From contig CAWIEK010000060.1 in NCBI GenBank assembly GCA_963835065.1, positions 32,001-96,000 on the forward strand: a stretch of 64,000 nt of DNA, read 5' to 3'. The stretch is from an uncultured Chthonomonadaceae bacterium (GTDB taxonomy: Bacteria; Armatimonadota; Chthonomonadetes; Chthonomonadales; Chthonomonadaceae). Both the position numbers and the translations under genes were made by a program. Within the stretch, counting starts at the first letter, position 1; the number at the start of each line of letters is the position of its first letter. Shown piece by piece: positions 31,524 to 42,200 of the stretch. The notes beneath the pieces were generated by a model. That model was not told where the DNA came from, ran no database searches, and saw only the letters and a program-made list of their open reading frames with translations.

Positions 31524-31906
31524 TGTCAACGACACACAAAGATGCTGAAACAGATTTCGCGGCTGTATTTGCGGAATTGAAGAAGATACTTCAAGTCCAT
31601 GCGTCACATCTTGTCGTTGCTGCGGATGAACCAGGCAACTACTATCTCAACACCTCGCGCATTCAGAAGAACAAACAGCCACTTTTCTTCGGCGCAGCGC
31701 AGATCAAGAAGAACTACGTCAGTTTTCACCTGTTTCCCATTTATGTCCATCCTGAACTTCTCACAGACATTGCGCCGGAACTGAAAGCGCGGATGCAGGG
31801 TAAAGCGTGCTTCAACTTCAAGAAGGGTGATCCTGCCCTCTTTGCGGAACTCGCTCGACTCACGCAAGCGGGCTTTGCCGCGTTTGAGGTGAAAGACTGG
31901 ATATAA
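31520..31906 (+). CDS. DUF1801 (YdhG-like) protein
   Basis: FFGAAQIKKNYVSFHLFPIY, RMQGKACFNF. Confidence 0.75.
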   Translation: MMSTTHKDAETDFAAVFAELKKILQVHASHLVVAADEPGNYYLNTSRIQKNKQPLFFGAAQIKKNYVSFHLFPIYVHPELLTDIAPELKARMQGKACFNFKKGDPALFAELARLTQAGFAAFEVKDWI

Positions 31907-31952
31907 GGGATTGCCCGAATACCTGAACACCGAACACCTGAACACCTACTCG

Positions 31953-33524
31953 TCAATCGAAATCACCCGTGCCCACGAGAACGCGCCGGCCATCGTAAAG
32001 GGGCTGAATGGACTTGTGGGCGCGGACATACGCGAGGACGGTTTCCAGTCGCGGCGTGGTGGTTTCCGTTTTGTTGGTGATGTCCGCGAGAATGAAGCGG
32101 GCGTAATAGTTGTTGGTTGCGCCGGAATACACGCGCTCGTCTTCGATGGGCTTGCCGCCAATCGTGGCTTCGGTCAACGCGCCATTTTCGTAACGATAGC
32201 GGATGCCGGATACGGCGGGGCGGTTCTTTGCCAGCATATCTTTGAGCTGTTTGCCCGTTGCGCGGAACGTGACGATGGTGTTGCCGAACGGGTCCATGCT
32301 TACCATGTCCGCATAGGTGATCGCGCCTTTTGCCAGGGGAGCGCGAACGCCGCCCATGTTTTCGATGTCGAATTCAAGGCCAAGCTGCTCCCGTATGGCG
32401 TCCGCAACCAGATTGTACTCGGCGTGATCCGCGCCTTTTGCCGCGAAATCCCCCGCCGCCTCGCCCACGACAACCCCGTACTTCGCTTTGATCGGGTTCC
32501 AGAAACCGTCTACCACACTGCGGGTTTGCGCGTCTTCGGGCGTTGCCGACGTGACCGGCAGAAGTTTGCCTTTGTATTTGGCGATGTGCCAGCTTTTATC
32601 TTCGTTGCGGCGCAGGGTCAAATCCAATCGTCCCAATGTTCCCGCCCATTGAAAATCCTGCACAACAATGGTTCCATGCACGGAGTTGGGCATGGTTTCG
32701 GAAGGGTGCGGAATCAGCAGGGGTTCGGGCAAAAGCGTGTGGGAGTGCCCGCCGACGATCAGGTCAATGCCCGGCACGGTTGCGGCCATTTTGATGTCCT
32801 CGTCCACGCCGATGTGCGTAATGGCGACGACTAAATCGGCCTGCTTGCGCAGTTCGGGAACCAGTTTTTGCGCGACGGGAATGGGTTCGGCCATTTCCAG
32901 ATCGTTGCGGGCGGCGGTGTACGTGCGCGCGTCATACGTGAGCAGGCCGAAAAACGCGACTTTCACGCCCTCGATTTCGCGGATGATATACGGCTGATAC
33001 AACAGTTTTCCGGTCGCCTTGACAGTGGAATTGGCGGACAGCAGGGGAAACTTGGCTTCGCTGATGAGTTTTTGTACCTGCGTGAGCGTGTTGCTGTACT
33101 CGTGGTTGCCGGGGCAGGCGAGGTCGTAGCCGACGGCGTTCATAGCCTGTATGTCGGCGTCACCGTGATACTCTGTTGAAAACGGCGTCCCGTCGCACAC
33201 ATCGCCCGCATCAATCAGCAGCGTGGCATGGTCTTTTTCGCGGCGAACGGCGTTGACAAGCGTGGCCCGCCGCGCCGCGCCGCCGATGCTGCGCCGGGTT
33301 TTCAGCAGGGCAACGGGATTGTTCGCGTCGAACGTATCAGGATAACTGTAGGGCAGCAAATGCCCGTGCGTATCATTGGTATGCAGGATCGTCAGATGCA
33401 CCTCTTTGGCGGCAGACGCGGCATTGGCGCGAGGCTTGTCGGCCCACGCAGAAACGGAAAGCAGGGCAGGCAGCGCGGCAAGCGTAAACAGCATTGGCAC
33501 ACAGCAGAAACGGCGAAACGGCAT
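31953..33524 (-). CDS. Bifunctional metallophosphatase / 5'-nucleotidase
   Basis: LTILHTNDTHG, LIDAGD, GNHE, THIG, GGHSHT, NMGGVRA, PFGN; signal peptide. Confidence 0.92.
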   Translation of the reverse strand: MPFRRFCCVPMLFTLAALPALLSVSAWADKPRANAASAAKEVHLTILHTNDTHGHLLPYSYPDTFDANNPVALLKTRRSIGGAARRATLVNAVRREKDHATLLIDAGDVCDGTPFSTEYHGDADIQAMNAVGYDLACPGNHEYSNTLTQVQKLISEAKFPLLSANSTVKATGKLLYQPYIIREIEGVKVAFFGLLTYDARTYTAARNDLEMAEPIPVAQKLVPELRKQADLVVAITHIGVDEDIKMAATVPGIDLIVGGHSHTLLPEPLLIPHPSETMPNSVHGTIVVQDFQWAGTLGRLDLTLRRNEDKSWHIAKYKGKLLPVTSATPEDAQTRSVVDGFWNPIKAKYGVVVGEAAGDFAAKGADHAEYNLVADAIREQLGLEFDIENMGGVRAPLAKGAITYADMVSMDPFGNTIVTFRATGKQLKDMLAKNRPAVSGIRYRYENGALTEATIGGKPIEDERVYSGATNNYYARFILADITNKTETTTPRLETVLAYVRAHKSIQPLYDGRRVLVGTGDFD

Positions 33525-33850
33525 TGCAAACTCCTTCTAAAAACAATTTCCAACCAACAAATTCCGAGGCAAACGCTTGAATCGCGCGTTTCCCGAAAGT
33601 AGTATACCGCAGGCGCAAACAAGTCTTTATGCCATAGAGAAAGCATTATGGCCGAATGGCCGCTTGTGCCGAACAGGTTTTTTGATGTATCCTGTAATTA
33701 GACTATGCGGCGCGTTGCGGTCACATTTTGCCTTCGCGCCGCGTAAAGTTGTTATAGAACGACAACCATTTTTGTGAAGGTTCTTGCTTGGAACCTTGAT
33801 AGCGCAGGCTGCGCAGAGATGCAGTGTAGTCAGAAGGAAAGGATGTTACT

Positions 33851-34315
33851 ATGCGAAGTTCGTACTGGAATGGAATGCTGGCGGTACTCGCGCTGGCGAT
33901 GCCGGTGATCACGGGAGCGCAGGGTGCGCCGCAGGGTGGGGGTGGCGGCATGGCTCCGCCGTTTGCGGGTGGGGCAGGCCACAAGTCCATGACCCTTGAC
34001 GAAGCCGTGAAGATGGCTCCCCAGCAGGACAAGAGCCTGGAACCGCTTGCCAAAGCCGCCACTGCCGCCGAAACCAAAATGAAGAAATCGCCCAAGGACG
34101 CGGGCGCGAAGAAAGCGTTTGTGGAAGCGGCGTACAAGTTCGGCCATGCGGCGGAATATGGCGACAAATTGCCGCCCACTGTCCGCTACCGCGCCGCGCT
34201 CGCCATGTACCGCAAGGTACTCGCTGTAGACCCCAAGCACCAGCCGAGTTTGGCGGAAAAGCAGCAGATCGAAGCCATCTATAAAAACATGGGCATGCCT
34301 GTTCCGAGCAAGTAG
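33851..34315 (+). CDS. Secreted hypothetical protein with TPR-like helices
   Basis: Signal peptide; YRAALAMYRKVLAVDPKH. Confidence 0.7.
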   Translation: MRSSYWNGMLAVLALAMPVITGAQGAPQGGGGGMAPPFAGGAGHKSMTLDEAVKMAPQQDKSLEPLAKAATAAETKMKKSPKDAGAKKAFVEAAYKFGHAAEYGDKLPPTVRYRAALAMYRKVLAVDPKHQPSLAEKQQIEAIYKNMGMPVPSK

Positions 34316-34412
34316 GAAGGGTGTTGGGGGTTGGGTATTGGGTGTTGGGAGAAGGATGTTTCTTATCCTTTACACCCTATCCCTTGATGTTGAGAGGAGA
34401 GCGGTGAATGAG

Positions 34413-35000
34413 ATGCAGTATCGAATAACACGGCGTTCGATCTTAGCAGTTGGCGCAATGGCTTGCATGGCGTTGGAAGGGGGCGTTGTTTTGGCGCAGT
34501 CTTCAGAGGATAAGGCGCAGGCCGATGCCAAAGCGCATGACAAGATGGGACAAAAGGCTATTGTGAAGAAAACGGCTCCTCCGGTTAAATCCACGCCTGC
34601 GCCCAACCCGACTCAACCGCTGGCATTGACAGTCACAACGGACAAAAAGACGTATGCGGCGGGAACGGTTATCCAGATGACGCTGACGGCGAAGAATACA
34701 ACGGCTGCGCCCATGAACCTCAACTTCAACAGCGGACAACAGTACGACTTTGCGCTGCGCGAAGGAACCAAACCGGACGGCAAAATCGTGTGGCAGTGGG
34801 CCAAAGGCCGCATGTTCGCGCAAATGATGGGGAACAAAAAACTGGAACCGGGCAAATCCCTGACATTCACCGAAACCTACGATCCCAAAGCGCTTCCCGC
34901 CACAAGCGAAGCCCTCAAAGCCGGAACCTACACCCTGACCGCAACGCTGGCAACCTTCGGCACACGCCCGTTCGCCAGTACGCAGGTGACAATCAAGTGA
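34413..35000 (+). CDS. BsuPI (intracellular proteinase inhibitor) domain protein, exported
   Basis: LNFNSGQQYDF, VWQWAKGRMFAQ; TRR signal. Confidence 0.78.
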   Translation: MQYRITRRSILAVGAMACMALEGGVVLAQSSEDKAQADAKAHDKMGQKAIVKKTAPPVKSTPAPNPTQPLALTVTTDKKTYAAGTVIQMTLTAKNTTAAPMNLNFNSGQQYDFALREGTKPDGKIVWQWAKGRMFAQMMGNKKLEPGKSLTFTETYDPKALPATSEALKAGTYTLTATLATFGTRPFASTQVTIK

Positions 35001-35054
35001 AGAGTGAAGAGTGAGAGTGAGAGAATTTTTCTCTCACTCTCACTTAGCGCCTAT

Positions 35055-35407
35055 CAGCAAACCTCCCGCAAAACCAATCCCACAGGAAAAAAGCTAAAAA
35101 ATTAGCGAAAAAGAGCCTTACAACGCCAAAAAAGGTGAACCTTTTACCCCATTCACTCTGTCTATATAGTACAAACGTCTGCTATACAGACGGGAAGGTT
35201 GAACGCTGGTAGTTCCTATCAACTATCAACTATCAACTACTTACTCAGCAAAGGAGGTACAGGCCCATGTCCCACCCCTCCCGTTCGCCCTGACGCCCTT
35301 GAGGTCACGACGCCTCTCTCCTACAACCTGACACAACGAGACATCGGGCTGGAAGCGCTGTATTGCCAAGATTTCGACGATGCCTCTACATACTTCCTTT
35401 TTTCTAC
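35055..35407 (+). other. Dispersed ~355-bp element, copy A (ECF-like promoter, RBS + 8-codon ORF, conserved core; candidate sRNA)
   Basis: Homologous to 55946-56309 (inverted); 35306-35394 is identical to the reverse complement of 55957-56045. Confidence 0.7.
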
Positions 35408-35414
35408 ATACTGT

Positions 35415-37295
35415 TTATCCTCCCACCGCCCAATTCAGCCCCGTATAGCGGCGGTAGCCATAACAGCGGGCGATATGAACGTAGCGGATAGGCGTGGGGC
35501 TGCCGGCGCGGCGGATGGGGAAGGGCGGGTCCCATTCGACGCGCTCAAAGATTTGGCGCAGGTCGTTTACATCGGATTCGCCGTCGTTGAAGAAAATCGC
35601 GTTGTCGCCAAGATGCGCTTCCAATCGTTCCACGTGCGCGGCGTACATCGTCAAGCGCCAGTGCAGGAACATATCGTAAGTGGGCGGATGATCCGGCAGG
35701 TAAAACCCCATCAGGGCGCAATACTGGTAGCCGTTGCCCGCAATAAACACCGGCTGCCCGCTTTTTGCCATGTCCTTCCGAACTTCCTGCACATGCGCCG
35801 CCAAATCGCGCCAGCCATACATCTGCGTAGTCACATCATCTTTAGGCTGCAAGCGTATGCCAACGGCTGACCGCAATTCCGGCGACAGCATCAACACGGT
35901 CAGCAGGGCGCTCGTGAGGAAGATAGTTGATAGTTGATAGTTGATAGTTGATAGAACAGGAAGTGATGAGTGATGAGTGATGAGTGATGAGTGTGCATCC
36001 AATTCATCATTCCTCATTCCGCGTTCAGCATTGTCTTCTGTTCCCTGTTCCCTGTTCCCTGTTCCCTGTTCTTCTGTCTTCTCTTCTTCTTTTCTCTTTT
36101 TCTTCTTTTCTTCCAAGCGAAGCGCCGCCCACCCCGCCCACAAAATAGTCGGCGTGATCCAGGCGCAGGGGGCCCAGTTGGCCTGTACCTGTGACCGCAG
36201 CGCCATCAGACAGAAGAACAGGAGGACGGGGAAGCCGTGACAGAAGAGGAACAAGGTTTCAGGTGTTCGGGTGTTCAGGTGTTCAGATATTGGGTATTCG
36301 GTATTCGGTGTTGCATCGTAGAGTTTGTTTGCTCTGACTTCTTCTGAGGAGGCGCGTGAATACCTGAACACCTGAACACCCGCCGCAACACACGCAAGAA
36401 ACAAGCCGGGGCCGAGCAGGAGGGCTTGCGAACCGATGAATTCACCTAAGCGGGATAGCGGCGTATGTTTGGTTTTGTAGGCCAAGTAGCCCAGATGCCC
36501 GAACGTCCACCAGTGGTGATGCGCGTTCCACCACAGGACACCCACGTACAGCAGCAGGGTTATCAGAAAGGCGGCGTAGGGTTCGGGACGGCGCAGCCAT
36601 TTGCGATGCGGGGGCGAAATCAGCAGGAACAGCAGCAGGCAGGGCAGGAGGAGCAGCATTGTGTGCTTGCTGAGAAACCCCAGCCCGACGGCAAGCCCCG
36701 CCCACAGCCACGCGCGTTTTTGACCGGCTTCGTTGGTTCCGAACAGGGCGCGTTCCAGAAACACGAGCGCCAAAGCCCAGAAGAACACAAGCGGGGGATC
36801 GTAAGTGGCGATAAGGCTGCCGACGGTCAGGAGCGGGGTTGCGGCGAGAAGTACCACCGTCAGAAATCCGGCGAGCGGCGAGAAAATGCGCTTCGCCAGA
36901 ATATACGCGCAGATTAGTGCGCCCAAACAAGAGGCCCATACCCCAATTCTTACCCCGAATTCGTTGGTTCCGAACAGCAGGGTTGTCAGGCGAATCAGAT
37001 AGGCGATGAATGGCCCCTGATCGTAGTATCCCCACGCGAGATGCCGCGACCAATCCCAATAGTAGGCTTCATCCGGCGCGAGTTCCACGCGCCATAATTG
37101 CGTCAGCCGCAGCAGGGAAGTGATTAGCAGGAACCAGAACGTGGCGCGTTCCCAACGGCGTGTTTCGGTGTTCAGGTGTCGGGTGTCGGGTGTCGGGTGT
37201 TCAGGTATTCGGGTGTTCGGGTGTTTGGTATTGGGTGTTTGGGCGTTGTGAAACTCTTTACCGGGATTGATGTTTGTGATTTGGCGTGAAGGCAT
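35415..37295 (-). CDS. ArnT/PMT-like glycosyltransferase (GT-C) with three repeat-derived insertions
   Basis: ELAPDEAYYWDWSRHLAWGYYDQGP, GLGFLSKHT, QANWAP; the ATG overlaps the upstream gene's TAA. Confidence 0.88.
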   Translation of the reverse strand: MPSRQITNINPGKEFHNAQTPNTKHPNTRIPEHPTPDTRHLNTETRRWERATFWFLLITSLLRLTQLWRVELAPDEAYYWDWSRHLAWGYYDQGPFIAYLIRLTTLLFGTNEFGVRIGVWASCLGALICAYILAKRIFSPLAGFLTVVLLAATPLLTVGSLIATYDPPLVFFWALALVFLERALFGTNEAGQKRAWLWAGLAVGLGFLSKHTMLLLLPCLLLFLLISPPHRKWLRRPEPYAAFLITLLLYVGVLWWNAHHHWWTFGHLGYLAYKTKHTPLSRLGEFIGSQALLLGPGLFLACVAAGVQVFRYSRASSEEVRANKLYDATPNTEYPISEHLNTRTPETLFLFCHGFPVLLFFCLMALRSQVQANWAPCAWITPTILWAGWAALRLEEKKKKRKEEEKTEEQGTGNREQGTEDNAERGMRNDELDAHSSLITHHSSLPVLSTINYQLSTIFLTSALLTVLMLSPELRSAVGIRLQPKDDVTTQMYGWRDLAAHVQEVRKDMAKSGQPVFIAGNGYQYCALMGFYLPDHPPTYDMFLHWRLTMYAAHVERLEAHLGDNAIFFNDGESDVNDLRQIFERVEWDPPFPIRRAGSPTPIRYVHIARCYGYRRYTGLNWAVGG

Positions 37296-38128
37296 TAGCG
37301 TGGCAGGGCGAACAGGTCGTCGGAAAGCCCTTGATTTACTTTCACGTCGTTGATGGTGGTGATGGCCGCGCTGATGCCCTCCGCGTTCTTTACTTCTACT
37401 TGTGAGGGCAGCCAGATGCCGTCCGCAACCTCTTTGGGATTTTGATAATAGAAAGTGGCTTTCAGTTTGCCTTCCGCTCCATACCATTCCCGTTTGATGG
37501 TCAGGCGCGTTTTGGAATCGAACCACACGCGGAAATGGGAGCCGACAGCCGCGCCCTTGTAGGTCAAATCAAACACGGAAGCCGGCTGGTCATCCACCAT
37601 TTCCTGCCGAACGAATTTGCCCCGCATAAACGTCAGAGTTTCGGGCGCAAGCAGGCCACCATACTCCAGAATAGATTGGCGCTTGCCGGGCGAGTCGGTC
37701 AAGTCTTCCACCTTTTTGGGCTGAAGCGGAGCGCGAAAGTAGCGGTACGGGCCGTTCATTAAAATGGACGCATTGCCAAGCAAACTTTTGCCGGAAAGCC
37801 GCATCTTGTCCGGCTGCTTGTATTGCAGCGTCACGGTACGCAGAAGGTTCTGGAATTGATAGGAACGCGCAAAGTCGCCGCCGATTTTCTCCAGTTCTTT
37901 CGTATCGCTTGTCTGGACTCGAAGCGTCGCCTGTAAGTCCGTGATTCTGGTAGTCATGTCCGCCAGCGTGGCGCTTTCACTGGCAGCCGCGTTTGCGCCG
38001 GAAGGTTTGGGCGCGACATCGCCATGCGCTCTGCGAATGGACACGGCTGTGACAACGCACACCGCGCTCAACAGCGCCATGGAAAGCAAGGCACAACTGC
38101 GGTTATCGTATTTGCGAAGGGAAGACAT
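37295..38128 (-). CDS. LolA-like outer-membrane lipoprotein-sorting protein
   Basis: YKQPDKMRL, VWFDSKTRL..KRE, GIWLPSQVEV, KVNQGLSDDLF. Confidence 0.78.
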   Translation of the reverse strand: MSSLRKYDNRSCALLSMALLSAVCVVTAVSIRRAHGDVAPKPSGANAAASESATLADMTTRITDLQATLRVQTSDTKELEKIGGDFARSYQFQNLLRTVTLQYKQPDKMRLSGKSLLGNASILMNGPYRYFRAPLQPKKVEDLTDSPGKRQSILEYGGLLAPETLTFMRGKFVRQEMVDDQPASVFDLTYKGAAVGSHFRVWFDSKTRLTIKREWYGAEGKLKATFYYQNPKEVADGIWLPSQVEVKNAEGISAAITTINDVKVNQGLSDDLFALPR

Positions 38129-38333
38129 AGATAGTTCCTTCTTCATGGTTGCCTGACTGTCTGTAACTCTCTTCAACCCACAACCTGTCGGCGTGTTTGC
38201 GCAGAAACTTGAAAAATTGCTGACTGTCACAGCATGGCTTGTTTGTTCGTGCTGTATAATGATACCACTGGTTCGGGCGAAAAGTCGTAGCTAAAACAGG
38301 ATAACCCAAATTACGCCCAAAGTCAAAGACCAG

Positions 38334-39272
38334 ATGCAAGTCTCACGGAGAAAAGTGAACACAAAACGTTTTCAACGCGCTGCCTTTTTCGCAGCCCTTT
38401 TAACAATGTATGCGGCGGGATCGCATGTCGCCGCGCAAAATAAGTTTGCTAGTAAGGCTTCCAAGACCAGCATACCCCTGATACATATACCGGCGTTGAG
38501 CCAAAAGGAAGCCGAACCGCCTGCCGATGTTACCACATCCGACGCGCATCACCTGTTCCCCTGGGAACAACATGCGCCGGGCGGGAAGCCGGACTCCCTG
38601 GGCGGTTTCTCGATGGTCAATGTAATCGCGGGAGATAAGCAGCACGGCTTGTCCGTCGTGCAGCTTGTGCGCGGCGATGAGCATCTCAAAGAGATCGCGC
38701 TGACATTTGACGACGGGCCGCATCCGCCGTTTACCGAACGCCTGCTGGACTTGCTCAAGCAATTAGATGTGCGGGCAACCTTCTTCGTTGTCGGGCGCAA
38801 GGTGGACGCCGCGCCGGAGATTCTGGCGCGGATGGTGGCGGAGAAACACGATGTCGCCAATCATACGTATCATCATGTAAACCTGAAAACGTTGCCCTAC
38901 GGACTGGTGGAAAACGAGATTCGGCTGGACAATGACGCCATTCGCCGCGCCTGCGGGAAAGAGCCGGTGTTTTTCCGCCCGCCCGGAGGCCAGCGCAACG
39001 GCGAAGTGGTAGAAATCGCCCGCCGCCTGGGGATGAGTACCCTGTTGTGGACGGACGATCCCGCCGATTATGCCAATCCGGGAGCCGACATTATCGAGGA
39101 AAAACTGCTGCAGCATGTGCGCCCCGGCGCGGTCATCCTGCTGCATGACGGCGTAGAGCAGACCTATCAAATGCTGCCCGACTTGGTTGCCAAATTGCGG
39201 CAGCAAGGCTATAAATTCGTCACCGCCACCGAAATGGCGCAGCACCTGGAGGCGTCCAGTCAGACGAAGTGA
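38334..39272 (+). CDS. Polysaccharide deacetylase (NodB/CE4)
   Basis: IALTFDDGPH, ANHTYHH, FFRPPGG, VILLHDG. Confidence 0.92.
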   Translation: MQVSRRKVNTKRFQRAAFFAALLTMYAAGSHVAAQNKFASKASKTSIPLIHIPALSQKEAEPPADVTTSDAHHLFPWEQHAPGGKPDSLGGFSMVNVIAGDKQHGLSVVQLVRGDEHLKEIALTFDDGPHPPFTERLLDLLKQLDVRATFFVVGRKVDAAPEILARMVAEKHDVANHTYHHVNLKTLPYGLVENEIRLDNDAIRRACGKEPVFFRPPGGQRNGEVVEIARRLGMSTLLWTDDPADYANPGADIIEEKLLQHVRPGAVILLHDGVEQTYQMLPDLVAKLRQQGYKFVTATEMAQHLEASSQTK

Positions 39273-39282
39273 TGAGTGATGA

Positions 39283-42200
39283 ATGATGAATGATGAATAT
39301 AGCGAACAGAAAAATGATGAACGAGGAGTGATAAATGATGAACAAAATACAAATTCCAATTCATCACTCATCACTCATCACTCATCACTTCCTACGTTGC
39401 CTGTCTTTTACGACGAGCAGAAACTGCGCTGGCCCTGGCTGAAGCGCATGGCGGTTGTCGGCGGATTGGTGGGGATTTTGGCGGCTGTTGTATTGGCCGT
39501 CAGTGTTTTTGCGCCTGCGCTGCTGCCGCGCAATCCCCTGCCCCGCGCTACAACCGTGCGCGAAATAGGCAATCAAGACCCGATTCTGTCGCATTTTGAA
39601 CAGCGCCCGCACTTGGCGCAAACCAATCCGCCCATGACGCGCCTGCAGCGTCGGCAATTGGGCGTTAAGTTTACGCGAGACCGCCAGAAACTGGAAGCCT
39701 ACACCCGCCGCGAACAAAGCAAAGCCGCGGAAAACGCCCGCCGCGCGCAGGCGTTCCTCCAGCAATGGCCGAACCAGATAAAAGGGCAGGGCCTCACCGC
39801 CGGCGGCGTCATGCCGTTTGGCTACGAGGACGAAGGGAACAGGGAACAGGGAACAGGGAATAGAAAAGAAGAAGAGAAGAAGAGAAGAGAAGAGAAGGCT
39901 CAACACCCGACACCCGACACCCGACACCCAACACCCGTTGTCGCGGCGTTTTACGTGAACTGGGAAGAAACGTCGTGGGCGTCGGCGCAGCATAACATGG
40001 CGCATTTGACGCACTTTTTGCCGGAATGGCTGCATCTGAAACAAAAGGGCGCGGATGTGGGCAGTTCCAATCCCAAAACCCTGCCGTTTCTGGATGCGCG
40101 GGACGACAAGGACAAAACGGACGTTGTCAATCTGGCGCATAGCAACAGTGTGCCGATTGTGGTTTTGCTCAACAATTATACGCGGCCTAAGAACGAGGAA
40201 GAGGGCGAGGGCAAGTGGGATACGGACGCGGTACACGCGCTCGTTTCTGACCCGAAAGCGCGGCGCAATTTTGCGCGGCAGATGCGCGACTGGCTGCTTG
40301 CCAACAAATTGCAGGGCGTCAACATTGATTTTGAGGAAGTGGCGGAACAGGATCGCGACGGCCTGACGCTGTTTATGCGCGAATTGTATACGGCCCTGCA
40401 CCCCGCGAAATTGCTGGTGACGCAGGACGTGCAGGTGGAAGGCGGGGCGTATGACTTTCCCGGTTTGGCGAAATGGAACGACTGGCTTGTGCCGATGTTC
40501 TACGATGAGCATGAGTCCAGCAGCGGGCCGGGCGCAATCGCGGGCATAGATTGGACGCACAAGCATCTGGACGCGCTGCTGTCGCAGGTAGACCCATCTA
40601 AAGTGGTTATGGCGGTGGGACAGCAAGGCTACGATTGGACAAAGGGCGTGGCGGGAACCGAGTCGCTGCGCTACCAGACCGCAGTGGTTACAGCCAAAGA
40701 GTCTTACGACGGTAAGGGCATGGATGGCGTGATTCGCATGGACCCGGCCAGCCTGAACCCGATGTTTACCTATTCCGAGGATACGCTCGACAAGAACAAT
40801 CAGGCGCGGCAGGAGGAGCATACCGTCTGGATGCAGGATGCCGCCAGCGTGTACAACCAATTGCTGCTCGCCCGCCCGCATGGAATACGCGGCGCGGCGT
40901 TGTGGATGCTCGGCGCGGAAGACCCGACGATTTGGAGCTACTACGACAAAAACCTCTGGAACGGCGATTGGAAGCAGATCGTTGCCGGGGGCGCGCTAAA
41001 TACGATTTCTTACGGCGGAACGGGTGAGATTGACTTCACGGCGGAGGGCGAATTGCTCCAGCCCGTTGCCGAGCCGACAAGCGGACAGCGGACAATCACG
41101 CAGGACCCGAAAACGGGCATGATTACGGCGGAAGCGTACAAGATTGACCCCATAACCAACCGGCCCTTGATGCCGTCTTCCTACATCGTGCGTCGCTACG
41201 GGGGCAAAACGGGCAACCCGGCCAAGCAAATCGTGCTGACGTTCGATGATGGCCCCGACCCAACATATACGCCGCAGATACTCGACATTTTGAAGCGGTA
41301 TCACGTTCCCGCCGCGTTCTTCGTTGTCGGCAAAATGGCGGAAGCCAACCCCAACATCGTGCGGCGGATGTGGGATGAGGGGCACGAAATCGGCAACCAT
41401 ACGTGGGATCACCGCGACCTTGCCGAACTGACGCCCACCCATCAGCAGATTGAATTGACGGCAACGGAGCGCGTGATTCAAGCCCTGACCGGACATTCGA
41501 CAACGCTGTTTCGCCCGCCGTATGGCAACGACGTGGAGCCGACAACGGGGGCGGAAGTGCGCCCGCTCGATCTCGCCGCGCAGATGAACTACCTGACAGT
41601 CGGGCAAAAGATTGATCCGCTGGATTGGGCGCTGTACAAGTTCAAGCCGGGAACCGAGGCTTTTGATTACACGCAGCCCAAAACCGCGCAGGATATTGTC
41701 AATGGCGTGTGGGCGGAAAAGGATCAGGGCAGCATCGTTTTGCTGCACGACGCGGGCGGCGACCGAACGCATACGGTTGCCGCATTGCCGCAGATTATCG
41801 AAAAACTGCGGGCGGGCGGCTATACGTTCGTATCCGTGTCGCAGTTAAGCGGCATACCCCGCGAAAAACTGATGCCACCGATTACGGGTAAGGACATTTA
41901 TCTCGCGGGCGGCGACCGCATGACGTTTGAAGCGGCGTATCTGTTCCAGATTACGCTGACGACCCTGTTCATGCTGTCCATCGTGCTTGGCACTTCGCGG
42001 GTGCTGCTGTTCGTGGGATTGGCGCTGATACAGCGGCAGCGCGAAAAAAAGCGCGTGTTCCCCGTGGGGTTTACGCCTTCCGTGTCGGTCATTATCGCCG
42101 CGTACAATGAGGAAAAGGTCATCGGGCGCACGATACAGGCATTGCTCGACAGCGGCTATCCGAATCTGGAAATCATCGTCGTAGACGACGGCAGCAAGGA

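Noticed and set aside
35199..35870. ORFs 35199-35870 and 55703-56095 as genuine genes
   Set aside because: They share only the repeated core, have no common start or stop, and overlap real genes on the opposite strand
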